Made by a program: the position numbers and the translations under genes. This document shows, one piece after another, positions 39,386-50,548 of a stretch of DNA of 64,000 bases (the first letter of the stretch is position 1; every line of letters begins with the position of its first letter). Under the pieces are notes generated by a model. It did not search any database and was not told the origin of the DNA. It saw only the letters and a program-made list of their open reading frames with translations. The stretch spans positions 37,095 through 101,094 of the forward strand of contig MEMF01000002.1 of NCBI GenBank assembly GCA_001767855.1. Direction: 5' to 3'. Source of the stretch: Alphaproteobacteria bacterium RIFCSPHIGHO2_01_FULL_41_14 (GTDB lineage Bacteria; Pseudomonadota; Alphaproteobacteria; UBA7879; UBA5542).

Positions 39386-39991
39386 ATGAAAATAAATAAA
39401 TATATTATTTTATTGTTATGTGCCCTTTTTCTTGCAGTAAAAACTCAAGCAGAAAGTGTGGACGACATACCAAAAACCCAAGAAGAAATGGTGAATAATA
39501 TTGGTGTCTTTGGAGGGATCGGAACGGATGATAATATCCAACAGATCATGGAAGGTAAAATACATTTTAAATCAGGCATGGTTGGGGTGTCTGCCCAAAA
39601 AGACTTAGTTAATATAACCCCCTCCACCCAATTCAATGTAGAGGGCCAACTTATCCAGCATTTCAAGGCACAAACGTGCCAAGAAATTACGATGGCTCTG
39701 CTCATCAAAGCATCCAACGTATTTAATGCTGAAAAAGTTCCTTTGAATTTTACGATAGGGGATGGTCTTTCTCTTTTGGTAGGGTCTGTTCCTAAACTAG
39801 AAAGCCATCAGGCAAAACCGCGACGTCTTTTAAACTATTTTTTCCTAGAAGCAGCCACTCCTTTGCCAAGGAAAGATACGGAAATTTTCTTCCGCTGGCA
39901 TCATCGTTGTCACATGTTTGGCCTTATGGCCCCAAATGGAACAGGGTCGAATTTTTTCCTGCTTGGCGTTCGCTTTAAATTAGAGCCTTAA
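39386..39991 (+). CDS. Hypothetical secreted protein, possibly an outer-membrane beta-barrel
   Basis: The start is taken at the internal Met (MKINKYIILLLCALFLAVKTQA signal peptide). About 200 aa with alternating hydrophobic patterns. No family recognised with confidence. Confidence 0.35.
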   Translation: MKINKYIILLLCALFLAVKTQAESVDDIPKTQEEMVNNIGVFGGIGTDDNIQQIMEGKIHFKSGMVGVSAQKDLVNITPSTQFNVEGQLIQHFKAQTCQEITMALLIKASNVFNAEKVPLNFTIGDGLSLLVGSVPKLESHQAKPRRLLNYFFLEAATPLPRKDTEIFFRWHHRCHMFGLMAPNGTGSNFFLLGVRFKLEP

Positions 39992-40070
39992 AGATTTTAA
40001 GGATATTTTTTTCTTGTTCAACATTTAGAACCCCTCTACTATGAAAAATTAATGAATGGAGATTTTTAAT

Positions 40071-40376
40071 ATGAAAAAACTTTTTGTGTCCCTCTTTGTA
40101 GCAACGCTTGGCCTGATCCCCTCTCTTTCAATGGCAGACCTGTACAGTGGAGATAATGTTCTTTTAATGAGTACAGATGGAACTTTTCAAGCAACAGAAC
40201 TACAGTTAAGAACGGCATTAGAAGAATTGGGATGGTCGGATGAAAATATCAAACAACTACGAGCGCTAACGCCCGCAGAGCGTACCCCTTTTATCATCAA
40301 CAACAATTTAAAGTCCGGAGAACCTAAAAAAAGTCTTGATACAATACTAGACTCAGACCTCTCAAATCCTAATTAA
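40071..40376 (+). CDS. Small hypothetical secreted protein
   Basis: About 100 aa with a signal peptide MKKLFVSLFVATLGLIPSLSMA. No family recognised. Confidence 0.3.
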   Translation: MKKLFVSLFVATLGLIPSLSMADLYSGDNVLLMSTDGTFQATELQLRTALEELGWSDENIKQLRALTPAERTPFIINNNLKSGEPKKSLDTILDSDLSNPN

Positions 40377-40394
40377 AAAAAGAAAAAGATTCAT

Positions 40395-40427
40395 GAAAAA
40401 AGCCAGGAGAAGATCCTGGCTTTTTTG
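40395..40427. terminator. Bidirectional rho-independent terminator between the 40071 ORF and groEL
   Basis: 8-bp stem AGCCAGGA / TCCTGGCT with a 5-nt loop (40401..40421), flanked by an A-tract upstream and TTTTTT downstream. It can terminate both convergent transcripts. Confidence 0.65.
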
Positions 40428-40451
40428 TTGAGCAGACTCAAGAGAACGGAT

Positions 40452-42131
<1,680 letters not shown>

Positions 42132-42138
42132 TTAAAAA

Positions 42139-42426
42139 CTAACCAATGATCCCAAAAATATCCGACTCTTTCATGATTAATAGATCTTTTCCACCAATCT
42201 TTACTTCGGTTCCCGACCATTTTCCAAACAATACACGGTCACCTGCTTTAACAGACAAAGGATGTACAGATCCGCGATCATCCATAACGCCAGTACCAAC
42301 TGACAATACTTTTCCTTCAATTGGCTTTTCTTTGACCGTATCGGGAATAATAATTCCTCCAGCTGTTTTTTCTTCTTGTTCAATTCGTTCAACAAGTACA
42401 CGATCATGAAGGGGTTTAAACTGCAT
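42139..42426 (-). CDS. groS: Co-chaperonin GroES (Hsp10)
   Basis: 95 aa, [11 protein letters not shown]...[13 protein letters not shown]...GKVLSVG typical of GroES. It lies immediately upstream of groEL. Confidence 0.9.
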   Translation of the reverse strand: MQFKPLHDRVLVERIEQEEKTAGGIIIPDTVKEKPIEGKVLSVGTGVMDDRGSVHPLSVKAGDRVLFGKWSGTEVKIGGKDLLIMKESDIFGIIG

Positions 42427-42468
42427 CGCACTTTCCTTTCTTAAACATTTTAAAACTTTATTTCTAAT

Positions 42469-42495
42469 TTAGCACTCTAGTTAACTGAGTGCTAT
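42469..42495 (-). promoter_or_regulatory. CIRCE operator (HrcA binding site) upstream of groES
   Basis: TTAGCACTC-N9-GAGTGCTAT, one mismatch from the consensus TTAGCACTC-N9-GAGTGCTAA. It lies 43-69 bp upstream of the groES start codon. hrcA itself is at the window start. Confidence 0.75.
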
Positions 42496-42580
42496 TTTCT
42501 TTAACATAGGGTCTGATGGGTGTCAAGAAGGAGACGATCAAGATAATTTTTTACGAAGCTTGAGAAGAAATTTTAGAAAG

Positions 42581-43831
42581 TTAATCTGTTTTTAAAGGCG
42601 ATTTTTGGAAATGGACGATAACTAGAATAAGGAGCGTTATCAAACTCAATCCCATAAGTAAAAACCCTGGCGCTAAAAGAGAGTGAAATTCTTTCTGCAA
42701 GAACTGTGCCATTCTAGGAGTTGTCCCTCCTAAAATAGCACCCCCCATAGTTAAGCAAAAAGCAAGACCGGAATATCGACAGCGCGCAGGAAAAAGACTC
42801 CCAATATAAGGGGAAATACATCCACTAAGAATATTACCAAAAATATTAAGGATAGCTACAAATAAAAGGACTGAAGTTAGGGTAACAAATTCCAATGTTA
42901 GCAAGTAAAAAGAAGGCACTGCTACCACGGCAGTTGACGCTATTCCAAATGAAATTAACTCAAAAAAACCGATTTTATCGGATAGTCGACCAGCAACCAT
43001 AATGACTCCCGCACATAAAATCATGGTGGACATATTTAAAACCATACTCTGAGACTTTGTATACCCGAGCACACTGATAAAAATAGAGTTTGCAAATACC
43101 GTTGTCAGGTAAAGAGGCATAAGAGAAAGCCCAAAAACAAAGAATCCTAAAAATAAAACTTTTTTATGATATTTAAGTAAAGCGACCCATAAAAATTCTT
43201 CCTCACTAGGGTTCTTATAATCTGTAAAATATATTTTTTTTAGAAATTTTCTCCTCAGTAAATAAACCGCGATAGAAGATAGGCCTCCAACAAAAAATAG
43301 GACTCTCCAGCTCCATTCGGGCATTCCCTCTAAATTTACAATCGCTGCCAAACCACTGGCCAAAACTGCCCCGAAAACACCCCAGGCAACCAAACTACCT
43401 GCATTTTTTCCCCTGTGCCTTTTCTCTAAATTTTCCATCATATAAAGATTGGCGCCCGTCAGTTCCCCTCCATAAAAGAAACCTTGAGCCAGTCGACACG
43501 CCACTAAGATAATCGGAGCTATGATCCCAATCGACGCATGTGAAGGGAGGCACCCAATAATAAGGGTGGGAATAGAGACAAGAACCATACTCAGAAGGAG
43601 GGGTTTATTTCTACCAATTCTATCCCCAATATAGCCAAAAAATAAAGCACCTAAAGGTCGCGCCAAAAATCCGGCAGAAAAAGCTCCAAAAGTTGCCATA
43701 TTCTGCGCATACTCATCTATGTCAGGAAAAAAAATGGGAGCCAATTGAACGGCTAAGAATCCGTATAAAGTTACATCAAAGCATTCAACGATGTGACCTC
43801 CGATTATAGAAATACCCGTCTTAGTTTTCAT
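42581..43831 (-). CDS. MFS transporter (ProP/metabolite:H+ symporter-like)
   Basis: 416 aa with 12 hydrophobic segments and the MFS loop motif GYIGDRIGRNKP between TM2 and TM3. Confidence 0.7.
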   Translation of the reverse strand: MKTKTGISIIGGHIVECFDVTLYGFLAVQLAPIFFPDIDEYAQNMATFGAFSAGFLARPLGALFFGYIGDRIGRNKPLLLSMVLVSIPTLIIGCLPSHASIGIIAPIILVACRLAQGFFYGGELTGANLYMMENLEKRHRGKNAGSLVAWGVFGAVLASGLAAIVNLEGMPEWSWRVLFFVGGLSSIAVYLLRRKFLKKIYFTDYKNPSEEEFLWVALLKYHKKVLFLGFFVFGLSLMPLYLTTVFANSIFISVLGYTKSQSMVLNMSTMILCAGVIMVAGRLSDKIGFFELISFGIASTAVVAVPSFYLLTLEFVTLTSVLLFVAILNIFGNILSGCISPYIGSLFPARCRYSGLAFCLTMGGAILGGTTPRMAQFLQKEFHSLLAPGFLLMGLSLITLLILVIVHFQKSPLKTD

Positions 43832-44747
43832 GTTTATCGCGAAATATCTTTATACCAATTCTCTTGAAGTACTCTTCCATGAATTCACGAAAAAGATCCA
43901 TGTGATTTTGTGCAGAAATATTATGCGTTTCTTTCATACAAAAGTAGCTCCGGATAACAGGACCTTTGATCTTAGGGAGCACATGAACAAGCTCTCCCTT
44001 ATAAATATCGTTTGATTCTTGAGGGGCAGAAATAATGCCCAAACCTTCTTTCCCCGCATTATAAAGGGAAACTGTAGAATTTACCGTAATAGACGGAGTT
44101 AATCTAGGAATACCAAATTTCCCCTTAATATGCCAGTTAATATCATCGAAATGACTAAATTCATGCTCTCCATACGCTAAAACTTTATGTTTCAAAAGAT
44201 CCTCTGGGATTTTAGGCAAACCATACTGCTCGATATACTTGGCACTAGCCAACAAAACATGGTGATAGGGGATATACCAAACCTTTCGAAATCCCTCTAG
44301 GTCATCTCTAACAGGTCTTAAAAGAATATCAGAGATTCTTTCTGTCTGCTTAGACAAAACATCATTTGCAATAATGTTCAATCTTAAATTTTGATGTTTT
44401 TCATAAAACTCTTTAAGACCGGGCATTAACCAACTAGAGGAAACAGCTGCTGTTGTGCTAATGACAATTTCCCCTTTCATTTCCTGAACATTTTGATTAT
44501 GAGCGCTATGGACTCCTTCTAGATAAACATCTATAAGTTTCACAGCGTACGGAATGAAGGACTTGGCCTCTTCCGTTAAGGTAGTGGATTGTTTTTTTCG
44601 ATTGACGAGCTTAACCCCTAACTCTTTTTCAAGCTCGTTAATATGAGCCCACATGGTAGATCTAGGAATCCCTAGGATCGTATGCCCGCCAAAATCACAG
44701 CCGGTATGTCCTAGAAATATGAGTGTTTTTAAGGCAATTATTCTCAT
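43821..44747 (-). CDS. LysR family transcriptional regulator
   Basis: 308 aa with an N-terminal HTH remnant (LGIPRSTMWAHINELEKELGVKLVNR) and a LysR substrate-binding domain. The N-terminal helix is degenerate relative to canonical LysR. Confidence 0.6.
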   Translation of the reverse strand: MRIIALKTLIFLGHTGCDFGGHTILGIPRSTMWAHINELEKELGVKLVNRKKQSTTLTEEAKSFIPYAVKLIDVYLEGVHSAHNQNVQEMKGEIVISTTAAVSSSWLMPGLKEFYEKHQNLRLNIIANDVLSKQTERISDILLRPVRDDLEGFRKVWYIPYHHVLLASAKYIEQYGLPKIPEDLLKHKVLAYGEHEFSHFDDINWHIKGKFGIPRLTPSITVNSTVSLYNAGKEGLGIISAPQESNDIYKGELVHVLPKIKGPVIRSYFCMKETHNISAQNHMDLFREFMEEYFKRIGIKIFRDKHEN

Positions 44748-44851
44748 TTCTGCTCTTCAAAATACCCCTAAATTGAAAGGTATTTCCTAACATCTCTGTC
44801 AAAGTCAACTTATTGTTATACATAGCCTTTTTTCTATTAGAAAAAATACTT

Positions 44852-45997
44852 TTATTTCTCTTCTAATTGAGATCTTGCTTCAGATACCCAATCAGGCTCT
44901 TGTTTTTTTTCAATAAATTCCGCAGGATCAAACAAAAGATCTTCCGTATTTCCACCACCCGCACTAGGTTGATCAACCGCCATGATTTCACCAACCTCCG
45001 GGACTAGTTGTGGAGAATTTATTTTAAAAGACATGGCTTTACTAGCTCCAACCACGCTTTTAAGTTCTACTCTTTTTTCCGCAAGTTTTTTTGTTTCTGC
45101 GTCTGTTGCCTTACGATTTGCTAAAATTAAGACAAAATCATACGTTCCATCCAAATTCGGGGTAGAAACAAGATCAATAGTATCTGTATTTTCTTTTAAA
45201 TCCATCATAATAGTGGAAGAACCAGGAACAGATTCATCCACTGCATAAGATTGCACGCTACCGCTATCTATCACTTCTGTTTGCATTGAAGGCCAATTAA
45301 TTTTAGGCAAATAAAGGTACAGTTTCCTGGTTTCTGGCACGATCTGAGATTCAAAAAAATCCTGTTTGTCTGAATTAATAAGAATCCAAGTTGTTCCGTC
45401 TTCTTTAGGCGTGATTATTAAGGCATTAATTTCATTTTTGGGAAGTTCTAACGTTTGTTGAATATTAACTGTGGTCGGCTGGGGAGGTTCCGGTGGCAAG
45501 GCATTTAATTCTGATTCTTGTTCTTCAGGCTCAGGCTCTGGTAAAGGAGGATCATCAGTTATAAGATCCAAGATATACGTTTTTCCTCTTAAGAAACTTC
45601 CCACAAGACGTGTGTAGGGTTCTAAAATCAAGTGACAGGCGCGACGCGATCCAAATCCCATAAGATCATATTGAATAAGAGCCCCCTGTTTTGCTTGCTT
45701 TTGTTCAGGTATCTTCCAAAAGGTGTCTTCCGGAGCCTTAACTAATAAAGAACCATCCTCTGAAGACTCTACATACAGAGAAATGGGATGACTTAAGACA
45801 AAAACAATCCGTGTTTTTTTTATTTCTGTCCCCACCTGAATGTCTTTCACCGTGAGGTTGGCGCGCGGGACACAAACACTGGCCCACAAAAGAAAAAAGA
45901 GAAAACTTTTTTTGCAAAACTGAATCATACACTTCCCTGCATCCTTTTCAGGATACAAGACTTTTTTTATTTTTGCATTATTTTTGAGCCCACTCAA
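44852..45997 (-). CDS. Hypothetical exported protein with AMIN-like domain and Pro/Glu-rich linker
   Basis: 381 aa with a signal-like hydrophobic segment. The TVKDIQVG...TRIVFVLSHPISLYVESSEDGSLLVKAP segment resembles AMIN domains. A PPLPEPEPEEQESE linker follows. No catalytic domain recognised. Confidence 0.4.
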   Translation of the reverse strand: MSGLKNNAKIKKVLYPEKDAGKCMIQFCKKSFLFFLLWASVCVPRANLTVKDIQVGTEIKKTRIVFVLSHPISLYVESSEDGSLLVKAPEDTFWKIPEQKQAKQGALIQYDLMGFGSRRACHLILEPYTRLVGSFLRGKTYILDLITDDPPLPEPEPEEQESELNALPPEPPQPTTVNIQQTLELPKNEINALIITPKEDGTTWILINSDKQDFFESQIVPETRKLYLYLPKINWPSMQTEVIDSGSVQSYAVDESVPGSSTIMMDLKENTDTIDLVSTPNLDGTYDFVLILANRKATDAETKKLAEKRVELKSVVGASKAMSFKINSPQLVPEVGEIMAVDQPSAGGGNTEDLLFDPAEFIEKKQEPDWVSEARSQLEEK

Positions 45998-46002
45998 AAA
46001 AC

Positions 46003-46512
46003 TTAAGGACGTTTTTCTTTAGAATATCCGCTCTGAGCAATGGGAGAAGCCATCTTTATTCCATCTGAATGTGCCCGTGGATAAGAAGAAAAGACCTTAT
46101 AAAATAAAAACAAAGTTACAATGACCAGACTTAAAATCAAGATTTTTTGAGAGTTATATAGTACAGAAAAAGGGCTGCTTAATTTATCTGACATGGAAAT
46201 AAGTCTCAATTCTTCTCCACTAGGAACCTCTAGGGTTTCACTGGTATGAATATGATATGCTTTTTTAAAGGCATCAAGCGTTAAAAAAGGGTCCAAATCT
46301 AAAAACTGGGCATAAGATCTGACAAACCCAAGTGTGTACGTTTGTGACGGTAATTTGCCCAATTGTCCTGTTTCAATAGCCCGTAAAAACTCTTCTCTAA
46401 TATTGAGAGACTCCACCACGTGATGGATTTTATATCCTTTTTTCATGCGAGCTTCTCTTAAGAGAACCGAAATATGCTTGCTATAGATATTATTTTTTTC
46501 TTTTTTATTCAT
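46003..46512 (-). CDS. Helix-turn-helix (XRE-type) membrane-anchored protein, RodZ-like N-terminal module
   Basis: 169 aa. An N-terminal HTH (ISVLLREARMKKGYKIHHVVESLNIREEFLRAIETG), a linker and a C-terminal TM segment (ILILSLVIVTLFLFYKVF). It is separated by 5 nt from the downstream AMIN-protein gene. Confidence 0.45.
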   Translation of the reverse strand: MNKKEKNNIYSKHISVLLREARMKKGYKIHHVVESLNIREEFLRAIETGQLGKLPSQTYTLGFVRSYAQFLDLDPFLTLDAFKKAYHIHTSETLEVPSGEELRLISMSDKLSSPFSVLYNSQKILILSLVIVTLFLFYKVFSSYPRAHSDGIKMASPIAQSGYSKEKRP

Positions 46513-46567
46513 TGTAGTGCGCTCCCTATTATTTATTGTACATAGAGAGCAATGGAATTCAAGAGAT

Positions 46568-48022
46568 TTAGTCTTTCCAAAAAGAAGGGAGAAATAAAAT
46601 TAAGATGGTGACTAATTCTAAACGGCCCAAAAGCATCCCCAACATCAAAATCCATTTAACGGAATCCCCAAGCTCAGTGTAGGTTTGGCTAGGCCCTATA
46701 TGATTGCCCAGTCCAGGACCCAAGCTTGTCAACATAGATGCTGAAGCCGAAAGAGTTGTCACAATGTCTAATCCGAAGAGAGATAAACAAAAAGATAAAA
46801 CAGCAAAACAAAAAATAAACAGAATGAAAAGAGCCGCAACAGAATCAAAAATAGATCCTGAAATTTGTTTTCCATTATATTTTGGCAAGAAAACACCATG
46901 AGGTCGACGAAGCTTTTGTAAATAAATAAAGGTGAATCGCCATAATACTTGAAAGCGGAACACCTTAATACCCCCTGCCGTCGATCCCGTGCAGCCTCCA
47001 ATAAAGGGGGCAAAGAAAAAAACCATCAAAGCAACTCCCCCCCAAACATTATAGTCTCCAGAACAGAAGCCCGTTGTTGTGACCGCCGACACCACATTAA
47101 ATATGGTCTGGGTAATAAGATCAAAAACATCTCCTCCTTTTTGAGTCATCAGATTCCATACAAGAACAATCCCGACAAAAAAGAGGGTAATCAATCCATA
47201 AGCCTTTATTTGATCATCTTTAAAGAAAAGCCTCCAATTTTTTGTGAACAGATGACCAAATAAAAGCTGGGTCACACCCCCCAAAAACATAAAAAGAACA
47301 AGCACATATTCCAGGGGTTTATTTTGAAAAAACCCAATGGATAGATCGTGCGTTGAAAATCCTCCCGTTGACACTGTGCTCAAGCTATGACACAGAGCAT
47401 CAAACCAACTGAGCCGCAAGGCAAGTAAAGCCAAAAAACACAACAAAGTCAGGCTTAGATAAGTAATAAAGATAACTTTGGCGATCTGAGCAATCCGAGG
47501 CAAAAACTTCTCTGACCGATCTGACGATTCAGACTGGAATAACTCAAGCCCCCCCACGCGCATATCTGTTAAGAGGGTCAAAGCCATCACAATGATTCCG
47601 ATACCCCCTAACCACTGCAACATAGCCCTCCAAAACAAAATGCCTTTGGGCATTGCGTCTAAATTTTTTAAAACAGTAGCACCCGTTGTCGTCAGGCCAG
47701 ATACCGTTTCAAAAAACGCATCCGTATAACTCACATTAATAGAAGATAGGACAAAAGGAATGGATGAAAACCCAATCCCAACAAGCCAGGTAATTGCCGT
47801 TAGAATAAAAGAATCGCGTTTATCAAACTCAATTTCAGAAATAGACTTATTGGAGAAAACAAAAAGCACCCCAAAAAAAACCATAATGGCTTGAGAAAAC
47901 AGGTAAACCTTATAATCTGGATTATTAGTAAAAAAATCAATTAAAACAGAAGGGATCATGGCAGCAGCCAGAATAAGAACAAGCCACCCAATTAGATAAA
48001 ATATAGATCTAAAATGTACCAT
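46568..48022 (-). CDS. trkH: Trk-type K+ uptake protein TrkH/TrkG family
   Basis: 484 aa polytopic protein with repeated M1-P-M2 units and TTGF/TGG selectivity-filter-like motifs (SGLTTTGATV, TVSTGGFS, VTTTGF). Confidence 0.8.
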   Translation of the reverse strand: MVHFRSIFYLIGWLVLILAAAMIPSVLIDFFTNNPDYKVYLFSQAIMVFFGVLFVFSNKSISEIEFDKRDSFILTAITWLVGIGFSSIPFVLSSINVSYTDAFFETVSGLTTTGATVLKNLDAMPKGILFWRAMLQWLGGIGIIVMALTLLTDMRVGGLELFQSESSDRSEKFLPRIAQIAKVIFITYLSLTLLCFLALLALRLSWFDALCHSLSTVSTGGFSTHDLSIGFFQNKPLEYVLVLFMFLGGVTQLLFGHLFTKNWRLFFKDDQIKAYGLITLFFVGIVLVWNLMTQKGGDVFDLITQTIFNVVSAVTTTGFCSGDYNVWGGVALMVFFFAPFIGGCTGSTAGGIKVFRFQVLWRFTFIYLQKLRRPHGVFLPKYNGKQISGSIFDSVAALFILFIFCFAVLSFCLSLFGLDIVTTLSASASMLTSLGPGLGNHIGPSQTYTELGDSVKWILMLGMLLGRLELVTILILFLPSFWKD

Positions 48023-48025
48023 TCA

Positions 48026-48418
48026 TTAGTGGAACTGATGGTGTTCGTAAGGGCTGTCTAAAGAAAAAGCAGGAATAGAAACTTTAAAGGGCTCTCCTTC
48101 TAAGCTTTCCATCTCATAATTTCCAAACATAATACCAGAGGGTGCGCTTAAAACAGCCCCACTTGTATAGCTAAAGGATTCCCCGGGCTTCACAACGGGC
48201 TCCATCCCAACGACACCATCTCCTTTGATTTCGTGTGTTAATCCGTTCGAATCAGTAATTTTCCAATGCCTCTTTCTAAGCTTTACAGCACGTTCGCTCT
48301 GATTTTTGATAGTGATTTTATAAGACCAAACAAATTGCTCAGAATAAGGTTCCGATTCTTCTTCTAAATAAACCGGTTCCGCAAAGACTTCAATTGGTTC
48401 TTTTTGTGTCATAGACAT
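48026..48418 (-). CDS. apaG: ApaG (DUF525) protein
   Basis: 130 aa with RHWKITDSNGLTHEIKGDGVVGMEPVVKPGESFSYTSGAVLSAPSGIMFGNYEM matching the ApaG family pattern. Confidence 0.75.
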   Translation of the reverse strand: MSMTQKEPIEVFAEPVYLEEESEPYSEQFVWSYKITIKNQSERAVKLRKRHWKITDSNGLTHEIKGDGVVGMEPVVKPGESFSYTSGAVLSAPSGIMFGNYEMESLEGEPFKVSIPAFSLDSPYEHHQFH

Positions 48419-48493
48419 AAGTCTTCCCTTCGCATCTATTTATAGAGTATCTAAATTATAGTCCAAGTTCAATCGAATTTTTACATAATCTAT

Positions 48494-49894
48494 TTAAGAA
48501 ATACTCTGAGTTAAAGAGGTGACTATTTTATCTTGCAAATCCTCATAAACCTTTCCATCTTCAGAAAAATTTTGCATCATCATTACAAAAAGATATTTAG
48601 GCTTTTCGTCTTTTAGGATGTATCCTGCAAGGCTTCTAATGCTTGTTAAGCTTCCTGTTTTCGCCAACACTTTTACCCCTTTTGGTAAGTTCTTAAGTCG
48701 GAGCTTCAAAGTACCGTCCTCTCCCCCCACCGCTAGTGAGGCTAAGAAAGGTTCCTTTAAAGATTTATGACGAAACGCCTCCCAAAGAAGGTCTGCCATC
48801 TGATGAGCGGAAATCAAATTATGGTGGGAAAGCCCAGATCCATCCATAAACACGGCTCGAGATAAATCAACGGATAGGCAGTCCTGCAGAGTTTTTTTCA
48901 TAAAAGTATCGAGATATTTGGGCTTCCTAAATTTATCAGGGTTTTCCAGCATAAAAGGGATTAGAACAGATTCCATAATCGTATCATCCGAGTCTTTTAT
49001 TCCCTTTTTTAAAATATCATATAAGGGGTCCGAGAAATGTTGGACCAAAACATGGGGTTTTTCTTTAGGAAAGGGGCGGAAAAGAATTTTTCCCTTTAAG
49101 AAAACCCCCGCCCCTTCTAAAGCCGTATGAATACATTTTCGTATATATTCTTTAAAACGATGTTCTTTTACAGGGAGGCATATCTTAAAAGCAGGAGATC
49201 CATTCGGAATGCACCCCTTAATGGAAATCCTCTCTTCCAGATCTAAATCACATCGCTCAATATATTCTTCCTCTAAACAAGCGGTTGAGATAGATTGGTT
49301 ATCAATCTTATAGGGGGGTTGATTCTTATCATAAATAAGGGTGGGCTTTCGTTTATCTGTTATCCCTGGAATCAATTTGAAACAAATCGTATTTTTGTTG
49401 ACATTAAGTACGGAGATAGGAGCTCCATATAAAAAACGCGTTGCCTCAATTGACCACCCTTCCACGTGAGGAAATACGGGGACAGTCTCTTGGTTGATCA
49501 TAATATCCCCTGCAATAGTGGATCCCTTTTTTTGCTTATAGGCTTTAAACAGAGCCGTTAAATCAACCAACGTAAACGTGGGGTCTCCTGCAAATCTTAA
49601 ATAAACAGCATTCCCTTTTTTCAATAGGGAAGTTTCAAACTGATAAGTGGGCCCAAGCTGAGAAAGGGCAACCAAGGCTGTTGGGATTTTTTCCAAACTG
49701 GCTGGCCTCATCAAGAGATTCGGGTTCTTTTCGTAAATTATTTTTCCAGAATTCAGATCTCGAATTTCCATACCAACCATAGAATCGAGGGCTGTTTTCT
49801 GAATTAAGGAATCGATCGTCCCCGTAAGTGAAGAACCAAAAAAAGCTGAAGACATGTGACATCCAAAAATGGTTAAAAGAAAGAGTTTTTTCAT
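48494..49894 (-). CDS. dacB: D-alanyl-D-alanine carboxypeptidase/endopeptidase (PBP4, peptidase S13)
   Basis: 466 aa with a signal peptide, SLEK (SxxK active site), and KTGSL (KTG box) near the C-terminus. The length fits PBP4. Confidence 0.7.
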   Translation of the reverse strand: MKKLFLLTIFGCHMSSAFFGSSLTGTIDSLIQKTALDSMVGMEIRDLNSGKIIYEKNPNLLMRPASLEKIPTALVALSQLGPTYQFETSLLKKGNAVYLRFAGDPTFTLVDLTALFKAYKQKKGSTIAGDIMINQETVPVFPHVEGWSIEATRFLYGAPISVLNVNKNTICFKLIPGITDKRKPTLIYDKNQPPYKIDNQSISTACLEEEYIERCDLDLEERISIKGCIPNGSPAFKICLPVKEHRFKEYIRKCIHTALEGAGVFLKGKILFRPFPKEKPHVLVQHFSDPLYDILKKGIKDSDDTIMESVLIPFMLENPDKFRKPKYLDTFMKKTLQDCLSVDLSRAVFMDGSGLSHHNLISAHQMADLLWEAFRHKSLKEPFLASLAVGGEDGTLKLRLKNLPKGVKVLAKTGSLTSIRSLAGYILKDEKPKYLFVMMMQNFSEDGKVYEDLQDKIVTSLTQSIS

Positions 49895-49977
49895 GAGTTC
49901 AGTATGTGTGGAACGCTCTGGAAAATCAACCTCCGTTTATTGCGGATTCTTGAATAAATAGATAGTATACTAGCGAC

Positions 49978-50547
49978 ATGGTAAAGTTAACGAAGATTTA
50001 TACACGAACAGGAGATAAGGGAACCACTTCATTAGGAGATGGAAAAAGAATTTCAAAAACCTCTTTACGTATTCAAGCTATCGGCTCCATAGATGAATTA
50101 AATGCCGCTTTAGGCGTGACCGGTCTTTTTTTGTCTGACCCCTCATTAAAAGAGATAAGACACATTCAGAATGACCTTTTTGATGTGGGGGCTGACCTAT
50201 GTATTCCCGAGGAATCTCCTAAAAAATCCTTGCAGTTGAAAGACAATCAAGTGCAGTGGCTGGAAGAAAAAATTGACTCCTTTAATAAGAACTTAGCCCC
50301 TCTTTCTTCCTTTATCCTCCCCGGTGGATCTGCTGCCTCTGCCCATCTTCATCTCTCTCGAACTATTGCACGACGAGCGGAGAGAGATGTGATTGCCCTG
50401 TCTGAACAAGACAAAATTAATCCAGAGGTAGTCATGTACCTTAATCGTCTTTCAGACTACCTGTTTGTGTTAGGACGGGTTTTGAATAATAATGGAACAG
50501 AGGATGTTTTATGGATTCCTGCCAAAAGCCAGATGGAAAGAGCTTAA
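49978..50547 (+). CDS. ATP:cob(I)alamin adenosyltransferase, PduO type
   Basis: 189 aa. The N-terminal KIYTRTGDKGTTSLGDGKRISK is the hallmark of PduO-type corrinoid adenosyltransferases. Confidence 0.8.
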   Translation: MVKLTKIYTRTGDKGTTSLGDGKRISKTSLRIQAIGSIDELNAALGVTGLFLSDPSLKEIRHIQNDLFDVGADLCIPEESPKKSLQLKDNQVQWLEEKIDSFNKNLAPLSSFILPGGSAASAHLHLSRTIARRAERDVIALSEQDKINPEVVMYLNRLSDYLFVLGRVLNNNGTEDVLWIPAKSQMERA

Positions 50548-50548
50548 A

